Assembly: GCF_004010195.1 (NCBI RefSeq)
Contig: NC_057719.1
Coordinates: 14,444,364-14,508,363 of the forward strand
Length of the DNA stretch: 64,000 bases
Direction: 5' to 3'
Source of the DNA: Chiloscyllium plagiosum
Taxonomy: Eukaryota
Part shown: piece by piece, positions 40,301-54,204 of the stretch
How the letters are laid out: each line of letters starts with the position of its first letter
How positions within the stretch are numbered: the stretch's first letter is position 1
Program-made: the position numbers and the translations under genes
The notes under the pieces: generated by a model
Databases searched by the model: none
What the model saw: the letters and a program-made list of their open reading frames with translations, nothing else
What the model was told of the DNA's origin: nothing

Positions 40301-40355
40301 CTGTAAGAAATAACAATTCAGCAAGTAAGCAAATAAGTACACAGTTGAAAATCAT
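40301..40355 (-). CDS. Putative alternative N-terminus (signal peptide) of a short LTBP2 isoform
   Basis: GCAACA-ATG (A at -3) in frame with exon B, encoding [23 protein letters not shown]. Architecture resembles LTBP1S. Confidence 0.5.
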
Positions 40356-42254
40356 TGTTGCTGAAGAGCTCTGGAGTTGTTGGAGCCAAGTAGAGAGAAT
40401 TAGATTTTGTGAAGGAACAGTTAAGCAACCATGCAGCTGACCTACAATTCTCCAAACCAGGAAGTGGACAGAGTACATTGAGTTTATGTTGGATTATGCT
40501 CCAAAGTCTGAGCGAGGATTGAAATAAAGGGCATGTGGAATGGTGAGTAAGAGGAACACAATGGCAAACTGTGCCAGATCAGTGGCTGTCAGTGGATTAG
40601 TTAAAGACCTCAGCAGAGATTCCAAGTTCAACATGGCTTGTATAATGCAAATTTAAAAAAAAAACGTTCCCCCAGAATATTTCAGTTACTCAGGAATTAG
40701 ATTTGAGTTCAGCAGAATGTGGGCTTTTAAACTGACCCTACCATAGTTAAGTCCTCAGAAATGGTATGTTCTATTCCACTGCATGGTAGTTCAGTGGTTA
40801 GCACTACTGTCTCACAGCACCAGGAATCTGGGTTCAATTCCAGCCTTGAGTGACCATCTGTGTGGAATTTCCACATTCTCCCTTTGTCTGCATTGATTTC
40901 CTCTGGGTGCTCCAGTTTCCTCCCATAGTCGAAAGACTGTGCAGGATAGGTGGATTGGCCATACTAAATTACCCATAGGGTCCAGGAATGTGCAGGGTTA
41001 GCCATGGGAAATGCAGGGTTATAGGGACAGGGTGGGGTCTGGCGGGATCTCTTCAGACAGTCAATATGCACTCGATGGGCTGAATAGCCTGCTTCCACAC
41101 TGGAGGGATTCTATGATTTCTGATCAACTGCTAGCAATGATACTTGATTTAATTCAACTCCTAAAAAAAAAGGTAAAAAGAAAAAAAAAGTCAAACTTAC
41201 TGTTTCTGGATAACTGAAGCATTATTTCTGTATTTTGCAAATAATTTGCATGAACAAAATATGTATTGTTCCTTTGCTGGTGGGCAGATTTCTTCCTCCA
41301 AGAAATTAACAATCCAGAAAAATAACTAAAAAAAAAGAACTCAAAAATCATCATTGCTCCAGAGCGCTGGCGATGTTGGAACTTAATTGAGAAAATTAGA
41401 TTTTGTGCAAATTAGTTGTTATGTAGAAAGTGGCTGCTGGCACCAAAGACTGGATGGAGTGCATGAGATCTACATCAGGTTTATAGTGGCCGATGTATTC
41501 AAACAATGTACTGTTGCAAAATTCTTTTTATTTCTTTGCCACAGCTATTTTAATTAAAAAAACTCAAACATTCTTCACCTCAATGGGTTTCTTGTTGTCA
41601 CCCCTATTTACAATAATGTGGTGCAAGGTCTGTGATGTATATGTTCTCCTCATCTGATTTATTTTAGAATTGGCAATTTGAACCAGTGACATGTAGTTTT
41701 TTGTCTGTGTGTGTGTGTGTGTGTATTTTTTGAGGAGGTTTAACGATTACATTGTCACTATTTCTGGAGCCATGATATTTTTAAACTATTTTCAGAGACA
41801 CAGGAACAGGACATAACCAGTGCATTCCTGTCCACTGTCAATTATAAGAAGATACAAATGTCAAAAGAAACATCTGTTTAAATGTGAAAATACAAATTCA
41901 AGCTTCCCAAAAATAAGTCCGTTTCAGCTTTCAGAATAGATATCATGGAACAAACAGCACAGCAACCCAGAAATGCTCATTTCAAAAAGCACAGGACTGA
42001 AGAACAAATTCAAAATCAACATGAAAACACATTGTGGTGTCTTATGAATATTCATTTAAATAATGTCCAGTTTGTAGCCCAATTATAGCTAGGTGGTTCA
42101 AATCATGTTATAAGAAACAGATATCAAAATATGTCACATAGCCAATCACAATATAACCACACAAATATTCAATACTCAAGACCATTATAGCAGACTCTTC
42201 TGCTCCTCGGACCCTGCCTGACTGGCTCTGCTATTCCAGCACCACACTTTCCAT

Positions 42255-43528
42255 CTATATTTTAAGGTCACATTGCAGCTGTTCAGGACATTGGTTAGGC
42301 CGCTTTTGGAATGTTGTGTGCAATTCTGATCTCCTTCCCATAGGAAGGATGTTGTGAAATTTGAAAACGTTCAGAAAAAATTTACAAGGATGTTGCCAGG
42401 GTTGGAAGGTTTGAGCTATAGGAAGAGGCTGAACAGGCTGGGGCTGTTTTCCCTGGAGCGTTGAAGACTGAGGGGTGACCTTATAGAGGGTTACAAAATC
42501 ATGAGGAGAATGGATAGGATGAATGGACAAGATCTTGTCCCTGGAGATGGGGGAGTCCAAAACTAGATAGCATAGGTTTAAGGGAAGAGGAGAAAGATTT
42601 AAAAGGGATCAAAGGCATGCTTTTTTTCACACAGAGGGTGGTGTGTGCATTGAATGAACTGCACGAGCAGGTGGTGGAGGATGGTTCAATTACAATATTT
42701 AAATGGCATCTGGATGGGTATATAAATAGGAATGGTTTAGGGGGATATGAACCAAATGCTGGCAAATAGGCGTTAATTTATATAGCATATCTGGTTGGCA
42801 TGGACGAGTTGGATCAAAGGGTGTTGTACATCTCTATGACTGTATGACTATAAAATAAAGAACAAAAACTACCAAGAGTTGAGAACAGTTCCACACATGA
42901 AACTAACAAGCAACCTGCTTGTCAATGAAACAGTGAAATACTTTGGATGCTAGAAATCTGAAACAAATGCAGAATGTGAGAGAAACTCAGTAGGTCTGGA
43001 AGCATCTGAGGAGAGAGAAACAGAGTTAATGTGTCAAGTCCGCTATGAATCTTCTTCAGAAGAAATTAATCAGGATGTTGCCGGGAATGAAGGATTTGAT
43101 AGACAACGAGAGGCTGGAGAGGATGGGACTTTCACTGGAGCATTGGAGATTGAGGGGTGACGGTATACAGGTTTATTAAATCGTGAGAGGTATATATAAG
43201 GTGAATGGTAGGTGTCTTTTCTCTGGGGTGGGGAATTTCAAGACTTGGGAACATATTTTTAAGGTGAGAGGATTAAAATTTTAAAAATACATGAAGGGCG
43301 ATTTTGTTTTACGTAGAGAGTGGTATTGTGGGAAATGAACTTCCAAAAGAGGTAGCAGGTATGGGTACAGTTACAATGTTTAAAAGGCATTTGGTTCAGT
43401 TCATGAATGAGAAAGGTTTTGAGGGATATGGGGCAGGAGCAGGCAGGTGGGACTAGTCTAGTTTGGGATTACAGTTGGCATGAACTGGTTGGACTGAAGG
43501 GTCTGTTTCTGTGCTGTATGACTATGAC
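42255..43528 (+). mobile_element. Two CR1/HER1 3' fragments (~42255-42850, ~43070-43528)
   Basis: ggttaggccgcttttggaatgttgtgtgcaattctg; tail ctatgactgtatgact. Confidence 0.88.
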
Positions 43529-44668
43529 TCCACAACCAGTTGAAACTACTGAAGAGTCATACACAGGATTCAAAACTTATTGTCAGTTTAGTCACCCGTT
43601 TTATTGATATCATTCCACTGACTGAAGTAGGCCAGATAGAGTTCATATTCCATTGTATAATAAAGTTCATCTAGTACTTAAGCTTGTATCGTACTCAGGA
43701 ATAACATGCTTGATTCTGGGAGATGACATGTAGACACCATGTGTAGCTGGTGAATGCTTAATGCTACCAAGTTTTAGACATGTAGATCTGAAATGTTCCA
43801 GAGCCAAGAAATGGGCTTTGCAAGTGGCAGTGAGGTATATTTGGAAGAATACATCTCGGAAAAAAAGCTTTGTTGCATTTCCATCCGTGAGCATTCTCTC
43901 CCAAAGGTGGACCAGCAAGTTCAACAGCAACCTGATCACCGGCATCACAATTAATGATGGCAACAAGACATCTCTCCAGAACATGAAGTGCTCTCTTCTT
44001 CACAATGCAGAGGACCACTATTGTGTCAGGAGCCTAACAATGGACTAAAGGCACTGGATGTCTGAGATGTGACGCATTCAGGGGCTGACATTTCCAAAAG
44101 GGTAGCATCCCTACCTTACAGCAACATCACAGAATCTGGATGTCTCTGATCTCAGTCCCCTCCCTCCCATAGAAGACAGCTCAATGCTGCTTCTCCTGTT
44201 GGGCCAAGGAAGTTCACTTAAAGGTCTCACTTAGTATTGGTCAACAAGGTCATTGTTGATCCTTCCACTTCAGAGTGAACCAAAGCAGATGAGGGAAGAT
44301 AGTATTGTACCCACGCCATACCCTTTAAAAATCCTTGTCCCCAAACCCATCCTGGGGGAGGACATTAAGTTCTGCACAATGTCTTGATTTACTCCAAGTA
44401 ACTAGATAGTTAGAGAGTAGAACCTTGAGAAGGAGAAATGACAAACTCAAAGAGCAGGATACATGCTTTAGTATTCCCTGCTCCAATAACTGGGGAGTTT
44501 CAGAAACAGTAGAATGCCCATCATCTCATGTCCATCATTTCAACTGATCAAGATTGTGAAGGAAGTAGAGATGAGACTTGGAAGGAAATAACTTTGGGCC
44601 ATTTACTAAATTACATCCTTAAAAAAAAAACAATTCTGAGATTTGAAACAAATGCTTTCGTCACTCAC

Positions 44669-44868
44669 CTCGTAACAACGGATGCTCATTTTCGACTAAT
44701 GTTTGCCCATTTGTTGTGAAACGATTCTGGACCCGTGCCTGCCCATTGCCATTAAATAACGCATTTGAGAGTAGCTGTCCATTTCCATTCGATAGATGTT
44801 TCACAGTACGTAATGTTCCAGGCACTTGCTGAGTATTAACAGGCTGTCCATATCTACTCAATGTACTG
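44669..44868 (-). CDS. LTBP2: LTBP2-like internal exon A (N-terminal linker)
   Basis: Acceptor ttttcaccatccag|CAG and donor CGAG|gtgagt; 200 bp, phase 2 to 1. Translates STLSRYGQPVNTQQVPGTLRTVKHLSNGNGQLLSNALFNG...ENEHPLLR and joins exon B in frame (G|GG). Resembles the LTBP2 segment 'SQLSSNAL...LEHP' as I recall it. Confidence 0.8.
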
Positions 44869-45049
44869 CTGGATGGTGAAAAACAAAATCAAATTCAGGC
44901 TATATCTCTAGCTTAAGAAATCAAACCACACAGTGCACTGTAATTAAAAACATTTGAGGCAGGTGACAACTTTACTCAGAAAAAAAGATTCAAAGTAAAA
45001 GGTTTGCAGTTATACATAAAGAACAAAGAACAGTCCAGCGTAGTAGCAA

Positions 45050-45255
45050 ATTATTGCAGATACTAGAATCTGTACTGGAAGCAGCAAATGCTGGCGATCA
45101 CAGCATGTCAGACAGCATTCACAGAGAGAGAGAGAGAGAGGACAAGCTAATGTTTCAAGTCTAGATCACTCTTCTTCAGAGCACAGCTTAGCTTGCTCTC
45201 TCTCCACGGATGCGGTCTGACATGCTGTGATCTCCAGCAGTTGTTGCTTTCGGTA
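45050..45255. mobile_element. Fold-back element, family B, with hammerhead core at 45146-45182 (-)
   Basis: Reverse complement reads gct CTGAAGA agagtg atcta gactt GAAA ca tt agc; inverted arms. Confidence 0.75.
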
Positions 45256-45257
45256 AA

Positions 45258-45775
45258 GAACAGTACAGCACTGGAACAGGGCCTTTGGCCCACCAGGCCT
45301 ATTGCAATACACGATGCCTTTCTAAACTAAAATGTTATTACTTCTAACGTTATTCATAACGCTCTATCCCCCTATTCATACATCTGTCAATGTTTCTCTT
45401 TAACATTTCTATCGTATCTGCTTTTACCACCTCCTCTAGCAGCACACACTAGGCACTTACCAGCCTCTTAAAACAAAAACTTGCTTCTCACATCTCCTGA
45501 AAACTTCTGCCCTTTTATCATAAATCTATGTTGCCTGGAAATTGCTATTCTACTCTGGAGAAAAAAAAGACTTTGACTATCCATGCTATCCACCACTCTC
45601 ATAATGTTGTAAACTTCTATCAGGTCACCCCTCAGCTTTCGAGATTCAAATGAAAGCAAACCATGGTTGTTCAATCTGTCCTCATAGCTAATACCCTTCA
45701 AACCAGGTAACTTCCCAGTAAACCTCTCCAAAGCTTCCACATCTTTCTAGTCTGGTGACCTGAACTGCACGCAGT
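45258..45775 (-). mobile_element. CR1 LINE 3' fragment
   Basis: LERFTGKLPGLKGISYEDRL...LRGDLIEVYNIMR. Confidence 0.88.
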
Positions 45776-46842
45776 AAGAATATCAGAAACACTTCACAAA
45801 GGCCTTTAACAAACCAAAGAATTGTGGAAACACTGATCATCGTCTGATTTGTTTTTGATCTGATTTATTGCAGTCACATGTACCTAGGTACAGTGAAAAG
45901 TTTTGTTTTGTGAGCAGTGCAGGCAGATCATAGCAAATAAGGACATATTGATCATAGGGTGCTTAGACAGAGCGAAGCATATGGGTTATAGCTAGACAAA
46001 GCAAGATCAACATTATTTGAAGTTAGAGAGGTCCAATCAGCAGTTTAGATTCCCTACAGACTGGAAACAGGCCCAACAAGTCCACACCGACCCTCCGAAG
46101 AGTAACCCACCCTGACCCAACCCCCTGATTAATGCACTTGAAACTATGGGCAGTTTAGCGTGGCCAATTCACCTGACCTGCACAACTTTGGATGGTCAGA
46201 GGAAACCGGAGTACCCAGAGGAAACCCATGCAGACACAGGGAGAATGTGCAAACTCTAGCTGTGGAGAGAGAATCAGAGTTAATATTTCAGATCCCTAAC
46301 TCTACATCTCTCGTCACATGCTTCTGCACCTGATCATTTTCAGTACTTTTTTTGTTATTATTTCACGTTTCCAGCATTTAGAGTATTTGGCTTTTGCTCT
46401 TCGTAAAATTTGCCACTGGTGAACTTTTCCGATTTTGATATGCTTACATTTTTATTGTGGGGGGATGGGATGGTTTCAAAAACATTCTTATTAAATTGTG
46501 GACCCCTGTAAATTTTAATCGCTCCATTTAAAATGGAGAGGGAATTAGAAATAGATATCAGGGCTAGATGATCAGGTGGATAAAACTAAAGAAAATCCAA
46601 AGGCATTTCAATACACATTAAATAAGTATTAAGCAAAAGAGGATAACTAGGTACAGAGTGACGCCCATTAGGCCCCTAAGTGGCAGACTGTGGGTACAGC
46701 CAGAAGATATAGGTGAGGGTACTTCACATTTGCATTCACTCGATGAAGGAACAGTGCACTGAAAGCTTGTGATTTTAAATAAACCCCATTGGACTATAAC
46801 GTGGTGTTGTATGACTTCTGACTTTGTCCACCCAGTCTAACA

Positions 46843-46945
46843 TTTCCTGATGAAGAGCTTATGCTCGAAACATCAATCCTCCTGCTCCTCAGATACTGCC
46901 TGACCAGTTGGGCTTTTCCAGCACCACATCCTTCGACTCTCCACA
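46843..46945 (+). ncRNA. Family A half-element with well-preserved minimal hammerhead core (46847-46874)
   Basis: CTGATGA a gagc ttat gctc GAAA ca tc: canonical core nucleotides and a perfect 4-bp stem II. Confidence 0.65.
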
Positions 46946-47309
46946 TCATAAGTTTGTATTCACAGCAGAGAAGGAAGATGTATTTATAGAAATCAAAGAG
47001 AACTCTGATATACTTGAGCAAATCACAGCTGAAGAGGAGGAGGAGGAATTAGTGGTTTTAACAGAATTAAAATTGGGTAAGTGTCCTCGCCCAAGATGAC
47101 ATGTATGCCAGGTCAAAAGGTAGAAATCGGAAACACGCGCTGAGAATGATCCTGGTTTCTTCAGAAGAGATAGCATTTTAAGACTGGTATGACTTTTCAG
47201 TTCAGAACCGAATATACCAGGCTCAAAATATTAACCCTGTATTTCTCTCTTTGCAGATGCTGCCAGACCTACTGAGTTTCTCCAGCATTTTCTGTCTGCT
47301 TGTATTCCT

Positions 47310-49368
47310 TGAATCCCAGATCACTGTGCGAGGCAAGGGAGGAGATTGCAGGGGCCCTGACATTAATGTTCAATTCTTGTCTGGATACAGGAGAGGTGGT
47401 AGAGAACTGGAGGACTGCTATTGTAGTATGAATATTCAAGAAGGATGATAGGGGCAAATCAGGGAGCTAAAGGCCAGTAAGTCTAACATCAGTTTCAGGA
47501 AAACTATTTTAGGAGACAGAATTAATCTGCAGATCAAGAGGGAAGGTATAGCTGTGTCAGAGGGAGATCACATGCAATTGGCTTGATTAAGTTTTTCTAG
47601 CAGTTTCCAAACTGTGGATCAGGGCAGTGTAGAGGATACAGTCTACATGGAGTTTCGTAAGATTTTTGACAAGGTCTTGCATGGCAGACTGTAAGAGAAG
47701 AGTCCATGGGATCCCGAATAATTTGGAAAATTGGATCCAAAATTATTTTGGCAGCAGGAAGCAGAGGGTGGTGATCGAAGGGTATTTTTGTGACTGGAAG
47801 CCTGTGAACAGTGGTGTACCACAGAGCTCAGTTCTCCATCTCTTGCTGTGTATTGCATTCGTTAATGATCTAGACAGGAATGTATGAGGTATGATCAGCA
47901 AGTTCACAAATGAAATGAAAATTGATTGTGTAAATAGCAAGGGGAAAGTCTTAGGCTACGAAACAATATAGACTTATAAAAGGGACCTACAAGGCAACTT
48001 TTTCACGTAGAGGGTGGTACGTGTATGGAATGAGCTGCCAGAGGAAGTGGTGGAGGCTGGTACAATTGCAACATTTAAGAGGCATTTGGATGGGTATATG
48101 AATAGGAAGGGTTTGGAGGGATATGGGTCGGATGCTGGCAGGTGATACTAGATTGGATTGGGATATCTGGTCGGCATGGACGGGTTGGACCAAAGGGTCT
48201 GTTTCCATGCTGTACATCTCTATGACTCTATGACTTGGCTGTTCGCAAATGAAATTTAATTGTGAAAAGCATGAAGGAGGATTAATAAGGCAAAGGAATA
48301 CATGTCAAATGGCAGGACCCAAGGAAATATGGAGGATCATAAGGACCTTGATGAGCAGGACTGTAGATCCGTGATGAGAGAAGGTCAGTCGGTATGTTGG
48401 TTAAGAATGCAATGGGCTACTTGTCATTATTAATTGAGGCATCAAATATAAGAGCAGGGTGGTCAGGATGGATCTGTACAAGACACAAGTGAATCCACAG
48501 CTGAAATCCTGAGGGACTACGTAAAAAGTAGGAAGACTTGAAAGCATATTTTTTGGCTGCCAGGTGAATATCCGACCATCTCCACCCCTGACTGAATCAC
48601 AAGAATCAGGAAGGCAATGGGGCCTCTGTTCCTCCATATTCTATGCCTCCCTTCAAGCACCCACTACCTGGCCTGCTCCTTCATACAGAATAACATTTTG
48701 CTGCCTCTAGAGTCAAGGAATCATTCAATGATTCAATTTTGTCTCCTTTGTTCATGGATGTGAGCATTACTGGCTAGACCAGCATTTATCGCCCATCCAA
48801 AATTGCTCAAGGGAAGTTAAAAGTCAACTACATTCCTGTGGGTCCGAAGTCACATCTTGGCCAATCTTAGCAGGACTTATAGACTTAATGGTAAGATCCT
48901 AAGGAGTGTTGCTGAACAAAGAGACCTTGGAGTGCAGGTTCATAGCTCATTGAAAGCAGAGTCGCAGGTAGATAGGGGATAGTGAAGAAGGTGTTTGGTA
49001 TGCTTTCCTTTATTGGTCAGAGTATTGAGTACAGGAGTTGGGAGGTTATGTTGTGGCTGTACAGGACATTGGTTAGGCCACTGTTGGAATATTGCGTGCA
49101 GTTCTGGTCTTCTTCCTATCGGAAAGATGTTGTGAAACTTAAAAGGGTTCAGAAAAGATTTACAAGGATGTTGCCAGGGTTGGAGGATTTGNNNNNNNNN
49201 NNNNNAACATTTAAGAGGCATTTGGATTGGTATATGAATAGGAAGGGTTTGGAAGGATATGGGCCGGGTGCTGGCAGGTGGGACTAGATTGGATTGGGAT
49301 ATCTGGTCGGCATGGATGGGTTGGACTAAAGGGTCTGTTTCCATGCTGTACATCTCTATGACTCTATA
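47310..49368 (+). mobile_element. Nested CR1 fragments (old RT-bearing copy; younger 3' ends ~47978-48235 and ~48872-49368)
   Basis: VNSGVPQSSVL...FVNDLD; LYRTLVRPLLEYCVQFWS. Confidence 0.88.
49192..49206. other. Assembly gap (15 N) inside a young CR1 copy
   Basis: Run of N characters. Confidence 1.
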
Positions 49369-52300
49369 ACGGCAGTGGCCTTCCCTAAAGGACATTAGTA
49401 AGCCAGATGTGATCATCATTATAATCTTAATTTCAGATTTTGTATTGAATTCAAATTCCACCAGCTGCCATGGTACAGAAACTCTGGATTAATAGTCATA
49501 AAGAACAGAAACAGGCCCTTCAGCTCACCATGCCTATGCCAACCAACAAAGTCGAGCAACAATGCGACCAGGCTATTGCTTCCCACATTGCTGCATGCTG
49601 TAGGCACTATCCTTAAATTGACTAATTTCTCACATGCACACCTTATTTTCAGAATTAAATAAGCTTGAGAAAAGTTACCAGCATTGTCTACATGAGTGAC
49701 AATGGATGACAATGGATGGCACTATCATTCTTGATACTATGCAGGTAAATTCTACAGAGTATTGGTTTTAATTTTCTAAAACTACTTCAATGTAGACGAT
49801 CCCATTAGTATGGAAGATCGCAAATTTGACTCCTTTATTCATTTAGGGAGAGAAAGAGACAGAAAGCAGGAAACTGTAGACAAGTCAGTTCATGGAGAAA
49901 ATGTGTGAAGGTATTAGTAAAGAAGTTATAGCAGGGGGCACTTGGATAAGTTCAATATAATTAGGCAGAAACAACGTTGTCATGTGTAAAGGGAAATCAC
50001 ATTTGACCAAAATCAAAATTGGACATAACTTATAAGATCACAGGAATTGACTGACAATTTAAAAGATAAGTTACACACTGTTGTTCAGAGCTCCCATGTT
50101 TATTAATCAAGAATTTAATCCAAGTATGAAATGTATCTCCAAAGCAACCACAGCTGTTTGAAGACGACAGCTATTTTTCCATCTTCCTCTTCAAATAAAT
50201 CTCATTAACAAGCGGCACTATTTGTATACAGGATCTTATGGCAGCATATTCGAGCCTAGATTTATGCAATTTGGGGCCTGTCCATTCTGTTTAATTACAC
50301 CAACAAGGATTTCACTGTACATTAATTCTTGCCAGAAATTTTACAACTTTTCTGTCACAGCAATGTGTTTTTCAGTAAAGGGCCAAATGCTGGCAAATAG
50401 GACTCGACTAATTTAAGATATCTGGTCGGTATGGACAAGTTGGACCAAAGGGTCAGTTTCCATGCTGTACATCGCTGACTCTAAAAACGGGTCCAGTTTA
50501 GTCTTTGAAAATCAAATATTTTGCCAGATATTCACCTTTAAACATTTATTTCAGGAAACAGTAAAATGTTATTTTCTGGAAAAAGAAAGTATCAGAACTT
50601 TAATGTGCACATTTTGAAGTTTTAGACTTTAACGATGCAGATTACAATGGTAATCAGGAAACGGTAGGTAAGGCATTTTTAGCAGCACACATTCATATCC
50701 ATGAGAGCCATGTCCTTGATAAGGAAAACACTTCAAAGTAAGTCTTTACTACAACTATGAAGACCATAGCCTAGGTCTTCTGAGGAGTGAGAACCGTCAG
50801 TGAATTTTCACCTGCATTCCCAGTCTCCTCAATGCTCCTCCCCATTTCTTGCCAGGTCTTTAGAAGCAAGGAAAGGTTTGAGGGCGAATGGTGGCAGGCA
50901 ACACAGGGTGATGTGTAGTGGTGATTGGGCAGGCAGGAACAACACCAGAAGCTGCAGGCAGTGGAGTTTGCAAATCAGTGACTGGTGTTCCTTGGCACAT
51001 AATCCGAACCACTGGAATCAAGGAGGAGTACTGATTCATTAGCCAGGGGTGGGGAGATAGGTGGTAATCAGCAGGACATTCCCCTGTCCATTTCAAGCTG
51101 ATGCCATTTGAATTCATGAGGTCCAGAGTCAATGGCAGAGGAACAGGAAGAGGGACTTGTTTTAAAATGCATTTACTTAGTATCAATGATTCTTCGATAT
51201 TTAGTAAGACTATTCGATATTTGATCATCTTTGAGATCCAGAGTTATCCTCCAAATTTCATCCAAGCTCATATAACATCACTAGATTGTGTGGAGTTCAA
51301 TAAAATCCCCTTTAAGAACCATTACCTAAAACAATAGCTTTCATTCTCTAAGACAACCAAGAAAAAGACTATTTAATCATGTATCTCATTTACTTTCTAG
51401 ATAAACTGTTATGAGGCTCGTACTCTGATCTTCTTCATTGGTCTCTAGTCTTCCATTTCTTTTCAAATCCTATATCAATCACCTGTTTGATTCCTTCTGA
51501 TTAATGGCCTAAAACCCAGATAGCCAGGGTATCACCTCCCTCCTTCAACTCCAGGTTATCTTTTACCTTATCCTATTCAGGGTACATTTTGTTATCGAGA
51601 TAAATATCTTACAGGAGTTAACAGGGTAAAAGACACTATCCTATCGGCTCAGGAATATCAACTGAGAAACCTCTTCCAGAAAACCTCAATGTGAGACACC
51701 ATTCCCCTTTGCCAAAAAGGTAGTCTCCATAGTTCCAAAGCGTAGCTCTCTCATGTGATGGTTCAACCTGAGGGTCATCACGTCTCAGGTGAAGGGAGAG
51801 GTTGGGACGGAGAATCCTTCATGAGAACCTCAGCTAGTGCAGAGATGTAACCCAAACTATTGGCATTACTCTATACGTAAATCAGCCATCCAGCCAACTA
51901 AACCATCTGATTCTTGGCTGTAACATTTATTTCAATACAGTCCCTGATGTCTAAGAAATGTTTATATGCTTTACCAGAGAGAAGGAACAGGCTTCAGCCA
52001 GATAGATTTTTAATAGGCACAGTATAATGTAAGTATTCTATTACATTAAAAATACCAGTATATAGAAGAGTGGGAATTGACGAGGTTGCTGCTTTTTTTT
52101 AATGAACAGATCACTAAGTAATTTTCCATATTGTTGGGTTGATACCAAATTTCTGGTTGGACCGGAACATCCTGAAAAGGGGTATGGCCAAGTCCCAGGC
52201 CCCAGTCTTAAAGGACTACAGCCAGGATGTTGTCAGGAAGAGTAACCCTTGTTGTCTCCAGTTTATCCAGTCATTTCGTGATATCACTTGGAGTAAAATA

Positions 52301-53415
52301 AATTGGCTGAAAGCTGGCACCTATAATGGTGGGGAATGTCAGGAGGACTCCTAACCAGAGATGATTGCAAACTCATCAAAATTGTCTTTTGCATGGGTAT
52401 ATTAGACTCCTCCATCATAAAGGATGTAGCTGTTGATGAAGCTTATCCTCCTGTTAGTTGTTTATCCTCCAGCTCCATTTGTGGGGATGTGACAGGACTG
52501 CAGAGCTTTAATTTGATCCTTTGGCTGCGGTATCACTTACCTCTTGACTGTCATAGGATATGTCTGCTGTTCAGAATGCATGTAGCCCTGTGTTCTGGTG
52601 CCATCACATTGGTACCTCATTTGCAGGGAAGACGGTTTCTGGCATGTTCTCCAACACTTATCCTTGAACTAAGGCTGGTCCTTCAGCTTGTTAGAATTAA
52701 CAGATGGAAGGATATTCTAAGCTTTGAGTTTACAGATAGTAACAGATAGTCTACAGATAGTAACTTCTGCTGCTGTCTGTCAAAACTGGGACAGTGGGTT
52801 TTCCCACAAAAATAGTAAAGCAACAATCTGATGGACATTAAAGTCCTAATGCAGAATATACTGTGTTACTTATTGTCCAAAATGCTACTTTCAAGTCATA
52901 TTGAGGAGCTCCAATACATCAGCACAGTTGGTGGTGGTTGGTGATGGAAATCACCAGGAAGAGTTCTTGCCCATGTTTTACTGAAGCCACGAGACTTAAA
53001 AAGATCTGTCTTGAGGAAGGAAAAGTTCCTCCAAATTTTCTAACCACTATGCTCCATCTCTGGTGAGTCTCTACTGACCCAGGGCATAGGACATGTCCAA
53101 GGGATGATGATGGGGGAGTTTGGGGTCTTGGTTGTGAAAGGTGTGACTTGGATTCATGTCATGGTATTAATCATGAGACAAAGGAGCAGAAATTAGGCCA
53201 TTCAGCACATCGAGTCTGCCCCACTACTAGTTCGACTAGTTTTAACTAACTGGTTTGTGGGACAGCTCTCCTAATTTTGACACAAGTGAGGAAGACATTG
53301 CAGAATTGACTAATGAGCAGTATTTTGGCATGCGTTTTTCTCATGTTTGTTACCTGAACCAGTGCTGAGTGACCCGTTCAGTTTTATCCTAATTCAATTT
53401 TGTTGTAGCAGTTTG

Positions 53416-53570
53416 AAAGTGAGGACTGCAGATGCTGGAGATCAGAGTCAAAGAGTGTGGTGCTAGAAAAGCACAGCCGGACAAAGGGCTTATGCTCAAA
53501 ACGTCGACCTTCCTGCTCCACAGATGCTGCCTGACCTGCTGTGCTTTTCCAGCTCCACACCCTTCGATTC
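53416..53570. mobile_element. Family A element with 12-bp TSD
   Basis: tgtagcagtttg at 53404-53415 and 53571-53582. Confidence 0.85.
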
Positions 53571-54204
53571 TGTAGCAGTTTGTACACATGAGTAGCTTTT
53601 GTTAGAAATGCATAGATTTATAGGTTTTCAGTAACTGGAATATGGAACCACTTGAACACACCAGGTGAAGAGAGATTTACAATGTGATTTACTGGAAACA
53701 AAAAAAAAGTTAAAAAAAGGTCAAAGAGAAGGTGGTTACCCACCGTTCGTAGAAGCCGACTCTGAGGAAAGAATGTCCAGCTAAGCTTTTAAAAAGGAAA
53801 GATGAAAGATGGATTTCGATAAGACTTGAAGGAACCCTTCGATATGTGCTGTAGTTTACCAGGCAACAGTCCCTGATCTAAAGGTACATTTTCAGCACAT
53901 ACCCAAGTGTGGTAGTTGAGGAAACTTTGCTGTGCTCTCTCTCTTTCTCTCTGTCAGTAAGAGAATAATGCTGAAAGCAAAAAAAAAGCTAAATAGACCT
54001 TTCCCTGGTGAAGTTGTGTGAAAAATCTGATAACATTTCATTAGTTAGATCTTGGTTTACCATCCACATCTGAAATCTAATCAGAGGACCCCTTCCAGAA
54101 TTCTACAACTGTCAGAAAGTGGATGTAATCAAAGGAACTGTGAAAAGTAATTCCAACTTCTGAACTCTTACCCTGGACTTAAAGGGCCATTGTTCTTTCT
54201 AGTG

